Positions 1 to 9,642 are shown, numbered from the stretch's first letter. The stretch is DNA of 64,000 bases from Gemmatimonadota bacterium (GCA_036679645.1 JAZDCY010000014.1:128001-192000), one strand, 5' to 3'. Program-made: numbers and translations. The notes: generated by a model from the letters alone, not told the origin.

Positions 1-1386
1 AGGCCGGCCCTGACGCATCGGTGCTCCGGCGGAAACCGGACTCAGACCCCAGCCGCGCACCATGACCGCGGCAACGACCGCATGGGAGAAGAGACCAACC
101 GCGATCAGGGATTCGAAGGGAAAACCAGCGATGGCTCCCACCGCGATGACCAACATACGCAGATCGCGATGCTTGAGACGGTCGATAACGTCGTGAGGAT
201 AGGCTCCCTTATACTGTAAAGAGAATTCCTTGGTGACGTAGCTGACGAGAATGAAACCGGTCGCAGCAACCACTCCGGCAATCCACGGAAGTGATCCTGG
301 GACATGCCGGGCATAGGCGGCGACGATTGCCACCGTGACGGCCACGTCCGCGTAGCGATCCAGCATCGTGTCTAGCCACGCACCTCGCGGCGTGGCGAGG
401 CCCTTGAGTCTCGCGATCTCCCCGTCACAACCGTCCATGACGGATGCTGCCTGTATCAGCACACCTCCAAAGGCTTGGGCCCCATAGCCACCGAGAGCGA
501 GAAACATCGCACCGATCACGGTGGTCAAGAACGAAACGACCGTGATCTGGTTGGGCGTCACATTGGTGCGCGCCAGGTAACCCGACAGGCGTGTTGACAG
601 CGGACGATTTATCCACGCCGACACGAAGCCGTCCTGGCGACCTTTGTCCAGCGACGCGCGCAGGAGCCGCTCGGCCTCGGCCAGCGCATCCGGCGTGTCT
701 ACATCCACCCAGCGGCAACCGGTGACGTCCACGGTGCGTACCAGACCATTACTTGCCAGGTCGGCGATTGCGTGCGACAGGGCATAGAGGCTGGAGTCGT
801 GGACCCTGTCCAGCACCGCAAAGATCGCCGGGCTGCACAGAAACGCCCCGGTGTCAATGGCATCCCACTCTCCGAGAGCCTTGCCGATGGCTCGGACGCG
901 GCCGTCGACGCTACTAATCTTCGTCGCGTCGTCCAGGTCAAAGACCTCCCCCCGATCGCGGTCGATTGCCACGCACACCTCGCCATCGGCGGGAGGATCT
1001 CCCAAGAGCTTCCGCAGGATCTCCGGGTCAAGGATGTGATCGGCCATAAGGAGGAGGAATTGCCTGTTGCCGATGCTGCCCGCTGCCGCAATGGTACTAG
1101 CACCATTACCCATAGCCCAGTTCTTGGCGTCTACGCAGCTGACGCCCACGCCGAGACGCTCGGCGACGGCTCCCACGTGGGTGCGGACCTCTTCTCCACG
1201 GTGCCCGACCACCACAACGAACCTTCGCACGCCAACTGTCACGCAGACACGCATGCATCGCTCGACGAGCGACTGGCCCCACACGGGAACCAGCGGCTTA
1301 GGCTCCCCATTCATCCGCGTACCGCGACCGGCTGCTAGGATAACGGCGGTCGGCACCTCTGTGCTGTCGAATTTGGGTTGGGTCAT
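1..1386 (-). CDS. Bifunctional NTP-transferase / CDP-alcohol phosphotransferase (IPCT/DIPPS-like), 3' end runs off the window
   Basis: Absent from the ORF track (no stop in window). Manual translation from ATG 1386 gives ILAAGRGTRM..PKPL, WVDVDTPD, DGFVSAWINRP..TPNQIT and the CDP-alcohol motif DGCDGEIARLK..GAWLDTMLDRYAD, all in one frame. ATGA overlap with the IMPase stop. Confidence 0.9.
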   Translation of the reverse strand, partial: MTQPKFDSTEVPTAVILAAGRGTRMNGEPKPLVPVWGQSLVERCMRVCVTVGVRRFVVVVGHRGEEVRTHVGAVAERLGVGVSCVDAKNWAMGNGASTIAAAGSIGNRQFLLLMADHILDPEILRKLLGDPPADGEVCVAIDRDRGEVFDLDDATKISSVDGRVRAIGKALGEWDAIDTGAFLCSPAIFAVLDRVHDSSLYALSHAIADLASNGLVRTVDVTGCRWVDVDTPDALAEAERLLRASLDKGRQDGFVSAWINRPLSTRLSGYLARTNVTPNQITVVSFLTTVIGAMFLALGGYGAQAFGGVLIQAASVMDGCDGEIARLKGLATPRGAWLDTMLDRYADVAVTVAIVAAYARHVPGSLPWIAGVVAATGFILVSYVTKEFSLQYKGAYPHDVIDRLKHRDLRMLVIAVGAIAGFPFESLIAVGLFSHAVVAAVMVRGWGLSPVSAGAPMRQGRP

Positions 1387-2198
1387 ACCAGTGCCTGGAC
1401 GATCTTGCCGGCCAGCTGCGGAGTGGACGCGGCGATGACCGAGCATCTGTCGGTCAGGCCCCGAACTGGCGGGAGGGTCTGGCCCTCCGGACCGACGACA
1501 CAGCCGCCAGCCTCCTCCACGACCAGGGCGGCCGCGAAGAAGCTCTCGGGTGTGAGTCGTTGTCGAATGTCGATATGGGCATCGAGGGCGCCGCTTGCCA
1601 CCAATGACAGGGCACGTGACGCACACCCAAAGGAGCGAACGCCTCGGGCCCGCTCCATCACGCAGCCCAGCTCAGACGAGGGCGCATAGTGATTCAGCTC
1701 TACCGAGATCATCGCTTCTCCAATCCGTGTTACGCCAGAAGTTCGAAGGCGTACATCTCCGCGGTAGGCTCCCCCGCCCCGGCGGCCGAGTACCGGCGTC
1801 GCGTTCTCCAGATCGCCGACCAAGGCCCACTCCACCCTGCCCGCCGCGAGTGGTCCTTCCGGGGGCAGCACGGCCACACACACTGCGGACGGACCAACAG
1901 CGCGCCCAAAGTTGTCGGACCCGTCTACTGGATCGAGGATGAATCGGTGCTTGGGTGGGTCTTGTCCAAGATCAATCGTGCCGGATTCTTCAGACAGCAG
2001 CAAGCTTCCCGGCGCTTCCCGCTGAAGCAATGAAACCGCACAACGCTCTGCCGTCAAATCGAACGGCCGCGACGGATCACCTTTCGGGTTGATCCCGGGC
2101 TGTCGGCCGGTTGCGCCATCGGGGGTGGCCAACGCCTCTCGCACCGCGGCGTGGAGAGCCATGAGGAGCTGACCCAGGGGTTCGGAGTGAAGCGGCAT
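1383..2198 (-). CDS. Inositol monophosphatase / FBPase-type (FIG family) phosphatase
   Basis: SEESG and ILDPVDGSDNF motifs, RSFGCAS..G.LD. Start trimmed to ATG 2198 (AAGGTGG upstream). Confidence 0.88.
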   Translation of the reverse strand: MPLHSEPLGQLLMALHAAVREALATPDGATGRQPGINPKGDPSRPFDLTAERCAVSLLQREAPGSLLLSEESGTIDLGQDPPKHRFILDPVDGSDNFGRAVGPSAVCVAVLPPEGPLAAGRVEWALVGDLENATPVLGRRGGGAYRGDVRLRTSGVTRIGEAMISVELNHYAPSSELGCVMERARGVRSFGCASRALSLVASGALDAHIDIRQRLTPESFFAAALVVEEAGGCVVGPEGQTLPPVRGLTDRCSVIAASTPQLAGKIVQALV

Positions 2199-2534
2199 GA
2201 GGCCCCACCTTGGTGCGCAGTGGTGATCCGTGTGTGCCCCACCGTTCACGCCGGCAACACGCCTCTTGCGGACGGGTGAGGGTCTGGCTTACGTCAGCGG
2301 TGTCCGGAGAGGTTCCCGCCATGGCACCTCGACGCAGTTCACGATCGTGCGGCGTCCCCTTGCCCGAGGTGAGGGTCGAACTCACACGGGGTTGCCCCCA
2401 CCGGACATCGGCCCGGCGCGTCTGCCATTTCGCCACTCGGGCAAGGAACAGGGAATATAGCTGCGGTGCGAAGAGGATCCCGACTAGCCCACGCGGGATG
2501 CCGGACGTCTCCCGAAGTACGAGGAGCTGTGAGT

Positions 2535-2951
2535 GTGTCCAGTCACCAGTCTGCCGCGGTCGAGGTCGCGCCTTTGGGGGATCGAGTCGTCTTGCGCCCC
2601 GAGGCGGCGGCGGAACGAATCCACCGTGGGTTGCAGCTTCCCAGCACGGTAAGGGACGAAATCCAGCGGGGCCAAGTCCTGGCCGTCGGACCGGGACGCT
2701 ACGAGAAAGGCAGGCGCGTTCCCATGGAGTTATCCGCCGGTCACTTCGTCCTGTACGACAAATACGGGGGCATTGTGGTAACCTTAAAGGACGGGGAACT
2801 CGTCATCATCGAGGAATCCGAGATACTTGCCATCTGGGGAGTGACGGACGTGAGAAAACAGGTACGCTGCACCAACATGACGTACGTTCGTCGTAGACGA
2901 GATGAGCTGCGGCGCGAACCGCGACAGCCTCACGCTTGGGTGGGACTATGA
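2535..2951 (+). CDS. groES: Co-chaperonin GroES homolog, divergent, with C-terminal extension; no adjacent groEL
   Basis: PLGDRVVL, VLAVGPG, YDKYGG, ESEILAI. GAGGAG RBS at 2521-2526 before GTG 2535. Confidence 0.8.
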   Translation: MSSHQSAAVEVAPLGDRVVLRPEAAAERIHRGLQLPSTVRDEIQRGQVLAVGPGRYEKGRRVPMELSAGHFVLYDKYGGIVVTLKDGELVIIEESEILAIWGVTDVRKQVRCTNMTYVRRRRDELRREPRQPHAWVGL

Positions 2952-3166
2952 CGAAACGTGATCGGCGGAGGAAGCTACTGGGCCACCTCGTCGAGGGGGG
3001 CGCCGAAATCATCAGTCGGGATGTGAACCGGACCCTGGAGTGCCAGCGGTGTGGCGGCCCCTTGGAGCTACGCACCGTATCCATGACTGGACAGACCATT
3101 GAGATCTGCCAAAAGTGCCGATCGAGCCAGCCGGTACAGCGGTTTGCGCCGGTAGCGGAGGAGTAG
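2948..3166 (+). CDS. Small zinc-ribbon protein (72 aa)
   Basis: CQRC...CQKC motif pair; ATG 2948 overlaps the groES TGA (ATGA). Confidence 0.6.
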   Translation: MTKRDRRRKLLGHLVEGGAEIISRDVNRTLECQRCGGPLELRTVSMTGQTIEICQKCRSSQPVQRFAPVAEE

Positions 3167-3383
3167 TAGCGAGTCACACCGCCCCAAGTCGCCCAGCGCA
3201 TGGAGCGGATCGCTCACACCAACGTTCGTCCCAAACGTATCATTGGAACAGCTGCCGTCCCGAGCGGGACCACGCGGGTTCCGTTCCGCCGCCGCGTGCC
3301 ACCCGCACGCGAGCGGCGGCGGTGTACATCGACTTCTTCCCTCGCCTCGAATTCAACGTCGATCTGACGACCGATCTTCTGGC

Positions 3384-3500
3384 CCGCGCGAGAAAGACGA
3401 TGCCCCTGCCGCCGCGCCCCAGCTCTCGCTCGAGCGAGAACCGTCCAGCTACGGCCTTTTGAAGAGCCAAGAACTCGGCAGATGCTTCCACGTCCTTCAC
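3384..3500 (-). pseudogene. Ser/Thr kinase N-terminal remnant
   Basis: EFLALQKAVAGRFSLERELGRGGRGIVFLAR, after which similarity is lost. Confidence 0.75.
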
Positions 3501-3541
3501 ACCGACGATCTCCGTGGGTGGAACGTCAATGATGCGTTCAG

Positions 3542-3685
3542 TTGGGCAGGATAGTAAATAGTTGCCATCTCAAACGCGAAGGTCGTTCACACTCCCTCTG
3601 GACGAATCCACTGACCGGTGCGGTCGAGGCGGTGCCTCGCCACGTCGAGATCCCTCACAAGCTCGCACTCAAGATCTGTCGTGGT
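3542..3685 (+). pseudogene. hicA: HicA-family toxin fragment
   Basis: CHLKREGRSHSLWTNPLTGAVEAVPRHVEIPHKLALKICR. N-terminus degraded (in-frame stop upstream); no hicB adjacent. Confidence 0.7.
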
Positions 3686-3861
3686 GGCATGGGGATCGTC
3701 GTGCGCGCGACCTCCGGCTTCGGCGAGACGTCGCCATCAAGCTGCTCGTCCCTGGCGAGAAAGACGATGCCCATTCCGCCCCGGCCCAGTTCGCTTTCCA
3801 GCGAGTAGCGACCGGCCAAGGCTTCCTGAAGGGCGAGAAACTCTACCGCCGGAGTGATCAT
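3680..3861. pseudogene. Two overlapping, opposite-strand kinase remnants
   Basis: Minus strand from ATG 3861: MITPAVEFLALQEALAGRYSLESELGRGGMGIVFLARD. Plus strand from 3680: RGGMGIV / RARDLRLRRDVAIKLL (frameshifted). Confidence 0.7.
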
Positions 3862-3994
3862 TACCCTAGAATGTGGCCCGACCGCCCGATCTGTCCAGAA
3901 TTCGATCCGTACACCGCACGGTGAGATGGTTGCTGAATCGGCGCAAACCCGAAAGATTCGCTGGACCCCTGAAGCCGGAGGCTGATACCGCACC

Positions 3995-4798
3995 ATGACC
4001 GGTTCGAGCGCAACGCTACCTGGCGGCGGTTTCGGCCGCACTTCGCGACCTGACGCCTGGTGGCTCCAACCCACCGCTGTGTTCCTCGGCCTGAGCGCGT
4101 TCATTGCCTATTCGACGTGGGCGGCTTTTCAGGGCGTGCACTACCATTTCGGTCCTTACCTCTCACCCTTCTACTCACCCGAACTGTTGGGCGAGTCGGG
4201 GCATAGCTGGTTCGGACCCAAACCCGATTGGTGGTTCAGCTGGCTGCCCTGGTCACCGGCCTTCCTCATTCTGTGGGCTCCCGGCGGGTTCCGTCTCACC
4301 TGCTACTACTATCGCGGCGCCTACTACAAGGCGTTTTGGGCCGACCCGCCCTCGTGCGCTGTCGGCGAGCCCCGCAAGACGTACCTCGGTGAACACTCGT
4401 TCCCGCTGATAATGCAGAACATCCATCGGTACTTTCTGTATCTCGCGCTCTTCTTCATTGGCTTTCTGGCCTTTGACGTGTGGAAAGCGCTCTGGTTCAT
4501 CGATCCCGCGACCGGCCAGGAGGCGTTTGGAATGGGCGTGGGCACGCTCGTGCTCGCGACCAACGTGACCCTGCTCGGCGGGTACACGCTCGGATGCCAC
4601 TCGTTGCGCCACCTGGTTGGCGGCAGGCTGGATCACTTTAGCGGCCGCCCCGTGCGCAGAGGCGCCTATCGCTGCGTAAGCTGTCTCAACCGGGGCCACA
4701 TGCGCTGGGCATGGCTCAGCCTCTTCTGGGTCGGATTTTCCGATCTCTACGTGCGGCTCTGCTCTATGGGTGTGTGGATCGATTGGAGACTCTTCTGA
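3995..4798 (+). CDS. Succinate dehydrogenase membrane anchor, mycobacterial Sdh1 (Rv0249c)-like
   Basis: Hydrophobic; YLSPFYSP, FRLTCYYYR, PPSCAV, NIHRYF, YTLGCHSLRH motifs. Stop overlaps the sdhA start. Confidence 0.85.
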   Translation: MTGSSATLPGGGFGRTSRPDAWWLQPTAVFLGLSAFIAYSTWAAFQGVHYHFGPYLSPFYSPELLGESGHSWFGPKPDWWFSWLPWSPAFLILWAPGGFRLTCYYYRGAYYKAFWADPPSCAVGEPRKTYLGEHSFPLIMQNIHRYFLYLALFFIGFLAFDVWKALWFIDPATGQEAFGMGVGTLVLATNVTLLGGYTLGCHSLRHLVGGRLDHFSGRPVRRGAYRCVSCLNRGHMRWAWLSLFWVGFSDLYVRLCSMGVWIDWRLF

Positions 4799-6621
4799 TG
4801 CGCGAGTACCCGACGTTCGAGTACGACGTGCTGGTGATCGGCGCCGGTGGTGCCGGGTTGCGTGCGGCTATCGCCGCCTCCGCCAAAGGCGTCACGGTCG
4901 GCGTGATCTCCAAGTCACTGTTGGGGAAAGCACATACCGTCATGGCGGAAGGCGGTGTCGCAGCCGCATTGTCCAACGTGGACGACCGCGACAACTGGCG
5001 GGTCCACTTTGCCGACACGATGCGCGGTGGGCAGTACCTCAACAACTGGCGCATGGCCGAGCTGCATGCCAAGGAAGCGCCGGACCGTGTCCGCGAGCTG
5101 GAGGCCTGGGGCGCGCTCTTCGACCGCACGAAAGACGGGCGGATCCTGCAACGGAACTTCGGTGGCCACGCCTATCCGCGTCTGGCACATGTGGGCGATC
5201 GAACCGGTCTCGAGATGATCCGCACCCTGCAGGACCACGGGATTCACCAGGGGATGGAGGTGCATCCGGAGTGCATTGTCATCGCCCTCCTGAAGGATGG
5301 CGACCGTGTGGTTGGGGCACTCACATGTGAGCGCGAACGAGGGACGTTCAAGCTGTTCCATGCCAAGGCCGTGATCGTGGCCACCGGGGGTATGGGTCGA
5401 TCGTACAAGATCACGAGCAACGACTGGGATTCGACGGGTGACGGACAAGCACTCGCATACGACGCCGGCGCCGACCTCATCGACATGGAGTTCGTCCAGT
5501 TCCACCCGACCGGCATGGTCTGGCCCATGAGTGTGCGGGGTACGCTAGTCACAGAAGGTGTGCGGGGAGAGGGTGGTGTGCTCCGGAACAAGGACGGGCG
5601 GCGGTTCATGTTCGACGACATTCCGCCGCTCTACGCCCAGCAAATGGCGTCCGACGAGGAAGAGGGCTGGCGTTACACCCAGGGTGATCGGGATGCGCGC
5701 CGGCCACCCGAGCTGCTCACCCGAGATCACGTCGCGCGTTGCATTGTACGTGAGATCAAGGAAGGCCGCGGGAGCCCGCACGGCGGCGTTTTCCTCGATA
5801 TTTCTTGGATCAAGGAAAGGCTTCCGCACGCCGCGCAGCACATCAAGAACAAGCTCCCGAGCATGTACCATCAGTTCAAGCTCCTGGCGGACATCGACAT
5901 CACCGCGGAGCCCATGGAGGTGGGACCCACGACGCACTACATGATGGGCGGGGTGCGCGTCGATGCAGATACCCAGATGTCGACCGTGCCCGGACTCTTC
6001 GCGGCGGGTGAATGTGCTGCCGGCCTCCACGGGGCAAACCGGCTAGGGGGCAACTCGCTCTCCGATCTTCTCGTCTTCGGGAACCGGGCCGGCCATCACG
6101 CGGCGACCTACGCCAAGGAACACGCTGCGGGTCAGATCAACATGAGTCAGGTCGAGGCGGCGGAGCGTGCAGCGCTGGCGCCGCTGGACCAGCCTGCAAC
6201 CGGGGAGAACGCGGACGGGCCGTTCCAACTCCAAGCGGAGCTACAGGAGATCATGCAACGTCAGGTGGGCATCGTGCGCAACGAACACGACATGACGGAC
6301 GCGCTCGACCATATCGTGCGCATCAGGGAGAAGACGACACGGATGATGGTACAGGGAAGCCGCGCATATAATCCGGGCTGGCACACCGCGTTGGCCATGA
6401 AAAACCTCCTGACCCTGAGCGAGACCATCGCTCGCTCGGCGCTGGGTCGCCGCGAGAGTCGGGGAGCACATTTCCGTGAAGATCATCAGGACAAGGATCA
6501 GGACGCGGGCGCACGCAACACGGTGGTCCGCAGAACCGCCGACGGAAGCATGCATGTTGCGTCGGAGCAAATACCAGATATGCCTGATGAACTCAGGGCG
6601 ATCATCGAGGAGATGCAATGA
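4798..6621 (+). CDS. sdhA: Succinate dehydrogenase/fumarate reductase flavoprotein subunit
   Basis: GAGGAG, KAHTVMAEGG, QFHPT, TEGVRGEGG, HYMMGG, HGANRLGGNSL, ESRGAH. Start trimmed to ATG 4798. Confidence 0.96.
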   Translation: MREYPTFEYDVLVIGAGGAGLRAAIAASAKGVTVGVISKSLLGKAHTVMAEGGVAAALSNVDDRDNWRVHFADTMRGGQYLNNWRMAELHAKEAPDRVRELEAWGALFDRTKDGRILQRNFGGHAYPRLAHVGDRTGLEMIRTLQDHGIHQGMEVHPECIVIALLKDGDRVVGALTCERERGTFKLFHAKAVIVATGGMGRSYKITSNDWDSTGDGQALAYDAGADLIDMEFVQFHPTGMVWPMSVRGTLVTEGVRGEGGVLRNKDGRRFMFDDIPPLYAQQMASDEEEGWRYTQGDRDARRPPELLTRDHVARCIVREIKEGRGSPHGGVFLDISWIKERLPHAAQHIKNKLPSMYHQFKLLADIDITAEPMEVGPTTHYMMGGVRVDADTQMSTVPGLFAAGECAAGLHGANRLGGNSLSDLLVFGNRAGHHAATYAKEHAAGQINMSQVEAAERAALAPLDQPATGENADGPFQLQAELQEIMQRQVGIVRNEHDMTDALDHIVRIREKTTRMMVQGSRAYNPGWHTALAMKNLLTLSETIARSALGRRESRGAHFREDHQDKDQDAGARNTVVRRTADGSMHVASEQIPDMPDELRAIIEEMQ

Positions 6622-7379
6622 CGTCGGCCACCTTCAAGATCTGGCGCGGTGACGACAACGGTGGCCAGTACCAGTACTACACGACCGACATCTCGGACGC
6701 GACCGTCGTGCTCGACGCCGTCACACAGATCCAACACGAGCACGCGAACGACCTCGCCGTCAGGTGGAACTGCAAAGCTGGGAAGTGCGGCTCGTGCTCG
6801 GCCGAGGTCAACGGTATGCCCCGCCTGATGTGCATGGCGCGTCTCGATTCTCTCCCGCTCGACAAGCCCATCGTCGTCGAGCCGCTCAAGTCGTTCCCAA
6901 TCATGAAAGATTTAGTCACAGACGTGTCGTGGAACTACGAGGTGAAGAAGCGGATCAAGCCGTTCAAACCGCGCGAGCCAGATCACCCCGATGGAACGTG
7001 GAGGATGAGCCAAACGGACGCGGACCGCGTGAAAGAGTTCCGCAAGTGCATCGAGTGTTTTCTATGTCAGGATGTCTGTCACGTCCTGCGCAACCACCAG
7101 AAGCACGACGAGTTCATCGGTCCACGGTTTTTGGTCTACACGGCGGCCCTCGAGATGCATCCGCTCGACATCGAAGACCGGACCTCGGAGCTGAAGGAGC
7201 TCCACGGAATTGGCTACTGCAATATCACGAAATGTTGCACCAAGGTCTGTCCGGAGGACATCACGATCACGGACAATGCTATCATTCCCCTGAAGGAACG
7301 AGTCGTGGATGAAGCGTACGACCCGCTACGAGCCCTCGCGCGTCTCGTAACGGGGAGTGGGAAACGCGAGGCGTCGTAG
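6618..7379 (+). CDS. sdhB: Succinate dehydrogenase iron-sulfur subunit
   Basis: CKAGKCGSC, CIECFLCQDVC and CNITKCCTKVCP cluster motifs. Confidence 0.96.
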   Translation: MTSATFKIWRGDDNGGQYQYYTTDISDATVVLDAVTQIQHEHANDLAVRWNCKAGKCGSCSAEVNGMPRLMCMARLDSLPLDKPIVVEPLKSFPIMKDLVTDVSWNYEVKKRIKPFKPREPDHPDGTWRMSQTDADRVKEFRKCIECFLCQDVCHVLRNHQKHDEFIGPRFLVYTAALEMHPLDIEDRTSELKELHGIGYCNITKCCTKVCPEDITITDNAIIPLKERVVDEAYDPLRALARLVTGSGKREAS

Positions 7380-7390
7380 GAGGCCCAGGC

Positions 7391-7891
7391 ATGTTCGAGC
7401 TCAAGAAGCTGTCCCCGGATGGCGTAGCAGCCGCCCTCGACAAGGCACACCGGTACCGGCTCCTGAACGAGCCGTGGGAGGCCTCGAGTATCTGCCGCGA
7501 TGTGCTGGGGGTCGACCCGAACAATCAGCGCGCTATCGTCATGTTGCTCCTCGCAACAACAGACCGCCTTGCCAACGCCAGCGGCGGCGAGGTAGCTGCC
7601 GCGCGCGAACTGCTGGAAAAACTCGAGACCGAGTACGACCGGCAGTACTATGGCGGCATCATCGCTGAGCGACGCGGGAAGGCTATCCTCAACCGGGCGG
7701 CCCCCGGTCACGGACCAATCGTCTACGATTGGCTACACGACGCCATGGAGCACTATGCCAAGGCGGAGGAACTCAGTCCGTCAGGCAACGACGACGCCAT
7801 CTTGCGCTGGAACACGTGCGCCCGCTTGATCGAACACCACCGTGACGTACGCCCGCTCCCCGACGAGCCGGTCGACACGATGCTCGAGTAG
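7391..7891 (+). CDS. Conserved helical/TPR-like hypothetical protein at the end of the sdh operon
   Basis: AGGAGG RBS; 11 nt after sdhB; helical repeat-like composition. Confidence 0.75.
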   Translation: MFELKKLSPDGVAAALDKAHRYRLLNEPWEASSICRDVLGVDPNNQRAIVMLLLATTDRLANASGGEVAAARELLEKLETEYDRQYYGGIIAERRGKAILNRAAPGHGPIVYDWLHDAMEHYAKAEELSPSGNDDAILRWNTCARLIEHHRDVRPLPDEPVDTMLE

Positions 7892-7912
7892 GCGGTGCGC
7901 CGAGCCGAAGCT

Positions 7913-8878
7913 TCAGCCCCCCGCCGGCAGCCCCGCGAGCCCGATCAGCCCAGGGTTCCGGTGTGTGATGACGTAGGTCGGGATCGCCGACAAATAATCG
8001 GAAAAGCGTCCCTTCGATTGAAATCGTCCGCGGAACGGCGACCGAGCGAACAACGGCCCCAACTTCGGGACGATCCCGCCGGCAATGTACAGGCCACCGC
8101 GGGCACCGAGCGTGAGCGCGAGATCGGCCGCAACGGTCCCCAGCATTGCGCAAAAGGTGTTCACCGTACTCCGGCATCGCGCACAAGTACCCGCAACCGC
8201 GCGACTCGTGATCGTTGATGCAGCCAGCGGGCGGACGCGCTCTCCCTCCACGGCGGCAACCGCCTCGTACAGCAGCGACAGACCTGGGCCGGACAGCAGT
8301 CGCTCGGCGGACACGTGCTGGCGCCGCCGCCAGACGTACTCGACGATCATCGCCTCGAGCCGGTCGAACGGCGCGAGCGTCACCTTGCCTCCCTCGGATG
8401 CGAGCGGCACGTAGCGACCACCGCACGGAACCAGCCCCGACACGCCGAGCCCCGTGCCCGGACCCACGACCCCAATCGCTTCGTTCGCTAGGGCACGCCC
8501 GCCACCCACCTTGCGACGCCCGTCGCGTCCGACGGCCGGAACACCGAGGGCAATCGCCGTGAAGTCGTTGATGATGTCGAGTCGAGTAAGAGCGAAGCGT
8601 CGCCGCAGCGCCGAAATCGAGAAACGCCAGGGGCCATTCGTCAGGCGCACGCGATCGCCCTCGATCGGTGCGGCGACGGCAAAAGCGCCGAGGACCGGCT
8701 GGGAGGGGATGGCCACGCGGTCGAGGTACGTCGCGATCGCACGCTCCAGCGACGTGAAATCGGCGACCCGCAGGTTACGCACGCGGGTCGGCGGACCTCC
8801 ACCTTGCTGCACGGCGAACCGCACGTTCGTACCGCCGATGTCGGCAAGCAAACGCGTGGGCCCTCGACCGGCAGTCAC
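7913..8878 (-). CDS. glk: Glucokinase (E. coli Glk family)
   Basis: ADIGGTN, INDF, GPGTGLG, SAERLLSGPGL, GGLYIAGGI. GTG 8878 overlaps the otsB stop. Confidence 0.92.
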   Translation of the reverse strand: MTAGRGPTRLLADIGGTNVRFAVQQGGGPPTRVRNLRVADFTSLERAIATYLDRVAIPSQPVLGAFAVAAPIEGDRVRLTNGPWRFSISALRRRFALTRLDIINDFTAIALGVPAVGRDGRRKVGGGRALANEAIGVVGPGTGLGVSGLVPCGGRYVPLASEGGKVTLAPFDRLEAMIVEYVWRRRQHVSAERLLSGPGLSLLYEAVAAVEGERVRPLAASTITSRAVAGTCARCRSTVNTFCAMLGTVAADLALTLGARGGLYIAGGIVPKLGPLFARSPFRGRFQSKGRFSDYLSAIPTYVITHRNPGLIGLAGLPAGG

Positions 8879-9642
8879 GTAGCCTCGAGAGCTACAACGA
8901 CCGCGTCGAGCCATCGATGCACCTCGGTCACGGACTCCAGACTGTATTTGGCGCAGGTCGCCGCCGTCGCGCCAACGCGAATCGATAACCCTTTCATGCG
9001 GTTTGCGGCTGCGAACGCGGTCTCGTCGGTGAGATCGTCCCCTACGTATACCGGCAGTCGGCGCTGAAACCGCTCCCGCGCGACGATGCGTTCCACGGCG
9101 GTGCCCTTGTTTGCCAGCGCCGGCTTGATCTCGACCACCATCTTCCCTTTCTGGATCTCGACCGCATCTCCGAGATCCTCGGCTAGCCCGCGCAGGAGCC
9201 GTACCACGGCCGGGCCGTGGTCGGGGGCCTGCCGGTAGTGCACCGCGAGGGTCGGCCCTTTGTCCTCGACGAACGTGCCCGGAGCCTGCTCGACGAACGC
9301 GCGGATCGCCACGCGAGCCGCCGAGAGATCGACTCCACCGCTGGACCGATGGACCGCCCCGTCTGCGTCACGGCTCTCGAGCCCGTGGATGCCGGCGATC
9401 GCGAACTGATAGGGAGCGAGCAGCGCATCTACCTCGCGGATGGGCCGACCCGAAACCAGCGCGAAGGCCCCGCCTAGCGCGTCGTCGAGTCGCCGGAGCA
9501 GCGCTGGGACGTGGGCGGCGACGACCACACTGGAAGGCGTCTCGGCAATCTCGAGGAGTGTGCCGTCGACGTCGAGCATGAGCCCCCAGTCGGCGGACGC
9601 CGGTGGGATACCTGGACCCGGCTGCTGGGAGCGATCAGCCAC
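8875..9642 (-). CDS. otsB: Trehalose-6-phosphate phosphatase
   Basis: HAD motifs LDVDGTL, VSGR, EDKG..HYR, NKG, GDDLTDE. Start uncertain (GTG 9642). Confidence 0.92.
   Translation of the reverse strand: MADRSQQPGPGIPPASADWGLMLDVDGTLLEIAETPSSVVVAAHVPALLRRLDDALGGAFALVSGRPIREVDALLAPYQFAIAGIHGLESRDADGAVHRSSGGVDLSAARVAIRAFVEQAPGTFVEDKGPTLAVHYRQAPDHGPAVVRLLRGLAEDLGDAVEIQKGKMVVEIKPALANKGTAVERIVARERFQRRLPVYVGDDLTDETAFAAANRMKGLSIRVGATAATCAKYSLESVTEVHRWLDAVVVALEAT

Noticed and set aside
105..1438. Several short ORF-track entries
   Set aside because: They overlap the real IPCT/DIPPS frame, which the track omitted because it has no stop in the window.
2250..2534. CIRCE element upstream of groES
   Set aside because: No TTAGCACTC-N9-GAGTGCTAA match seen.
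3286..3322. GC-rich hairpin as a terminator or ncRNA
   Set aside because: No U-tract or recognisable family; it lies in a scar region, so no function can be supported.
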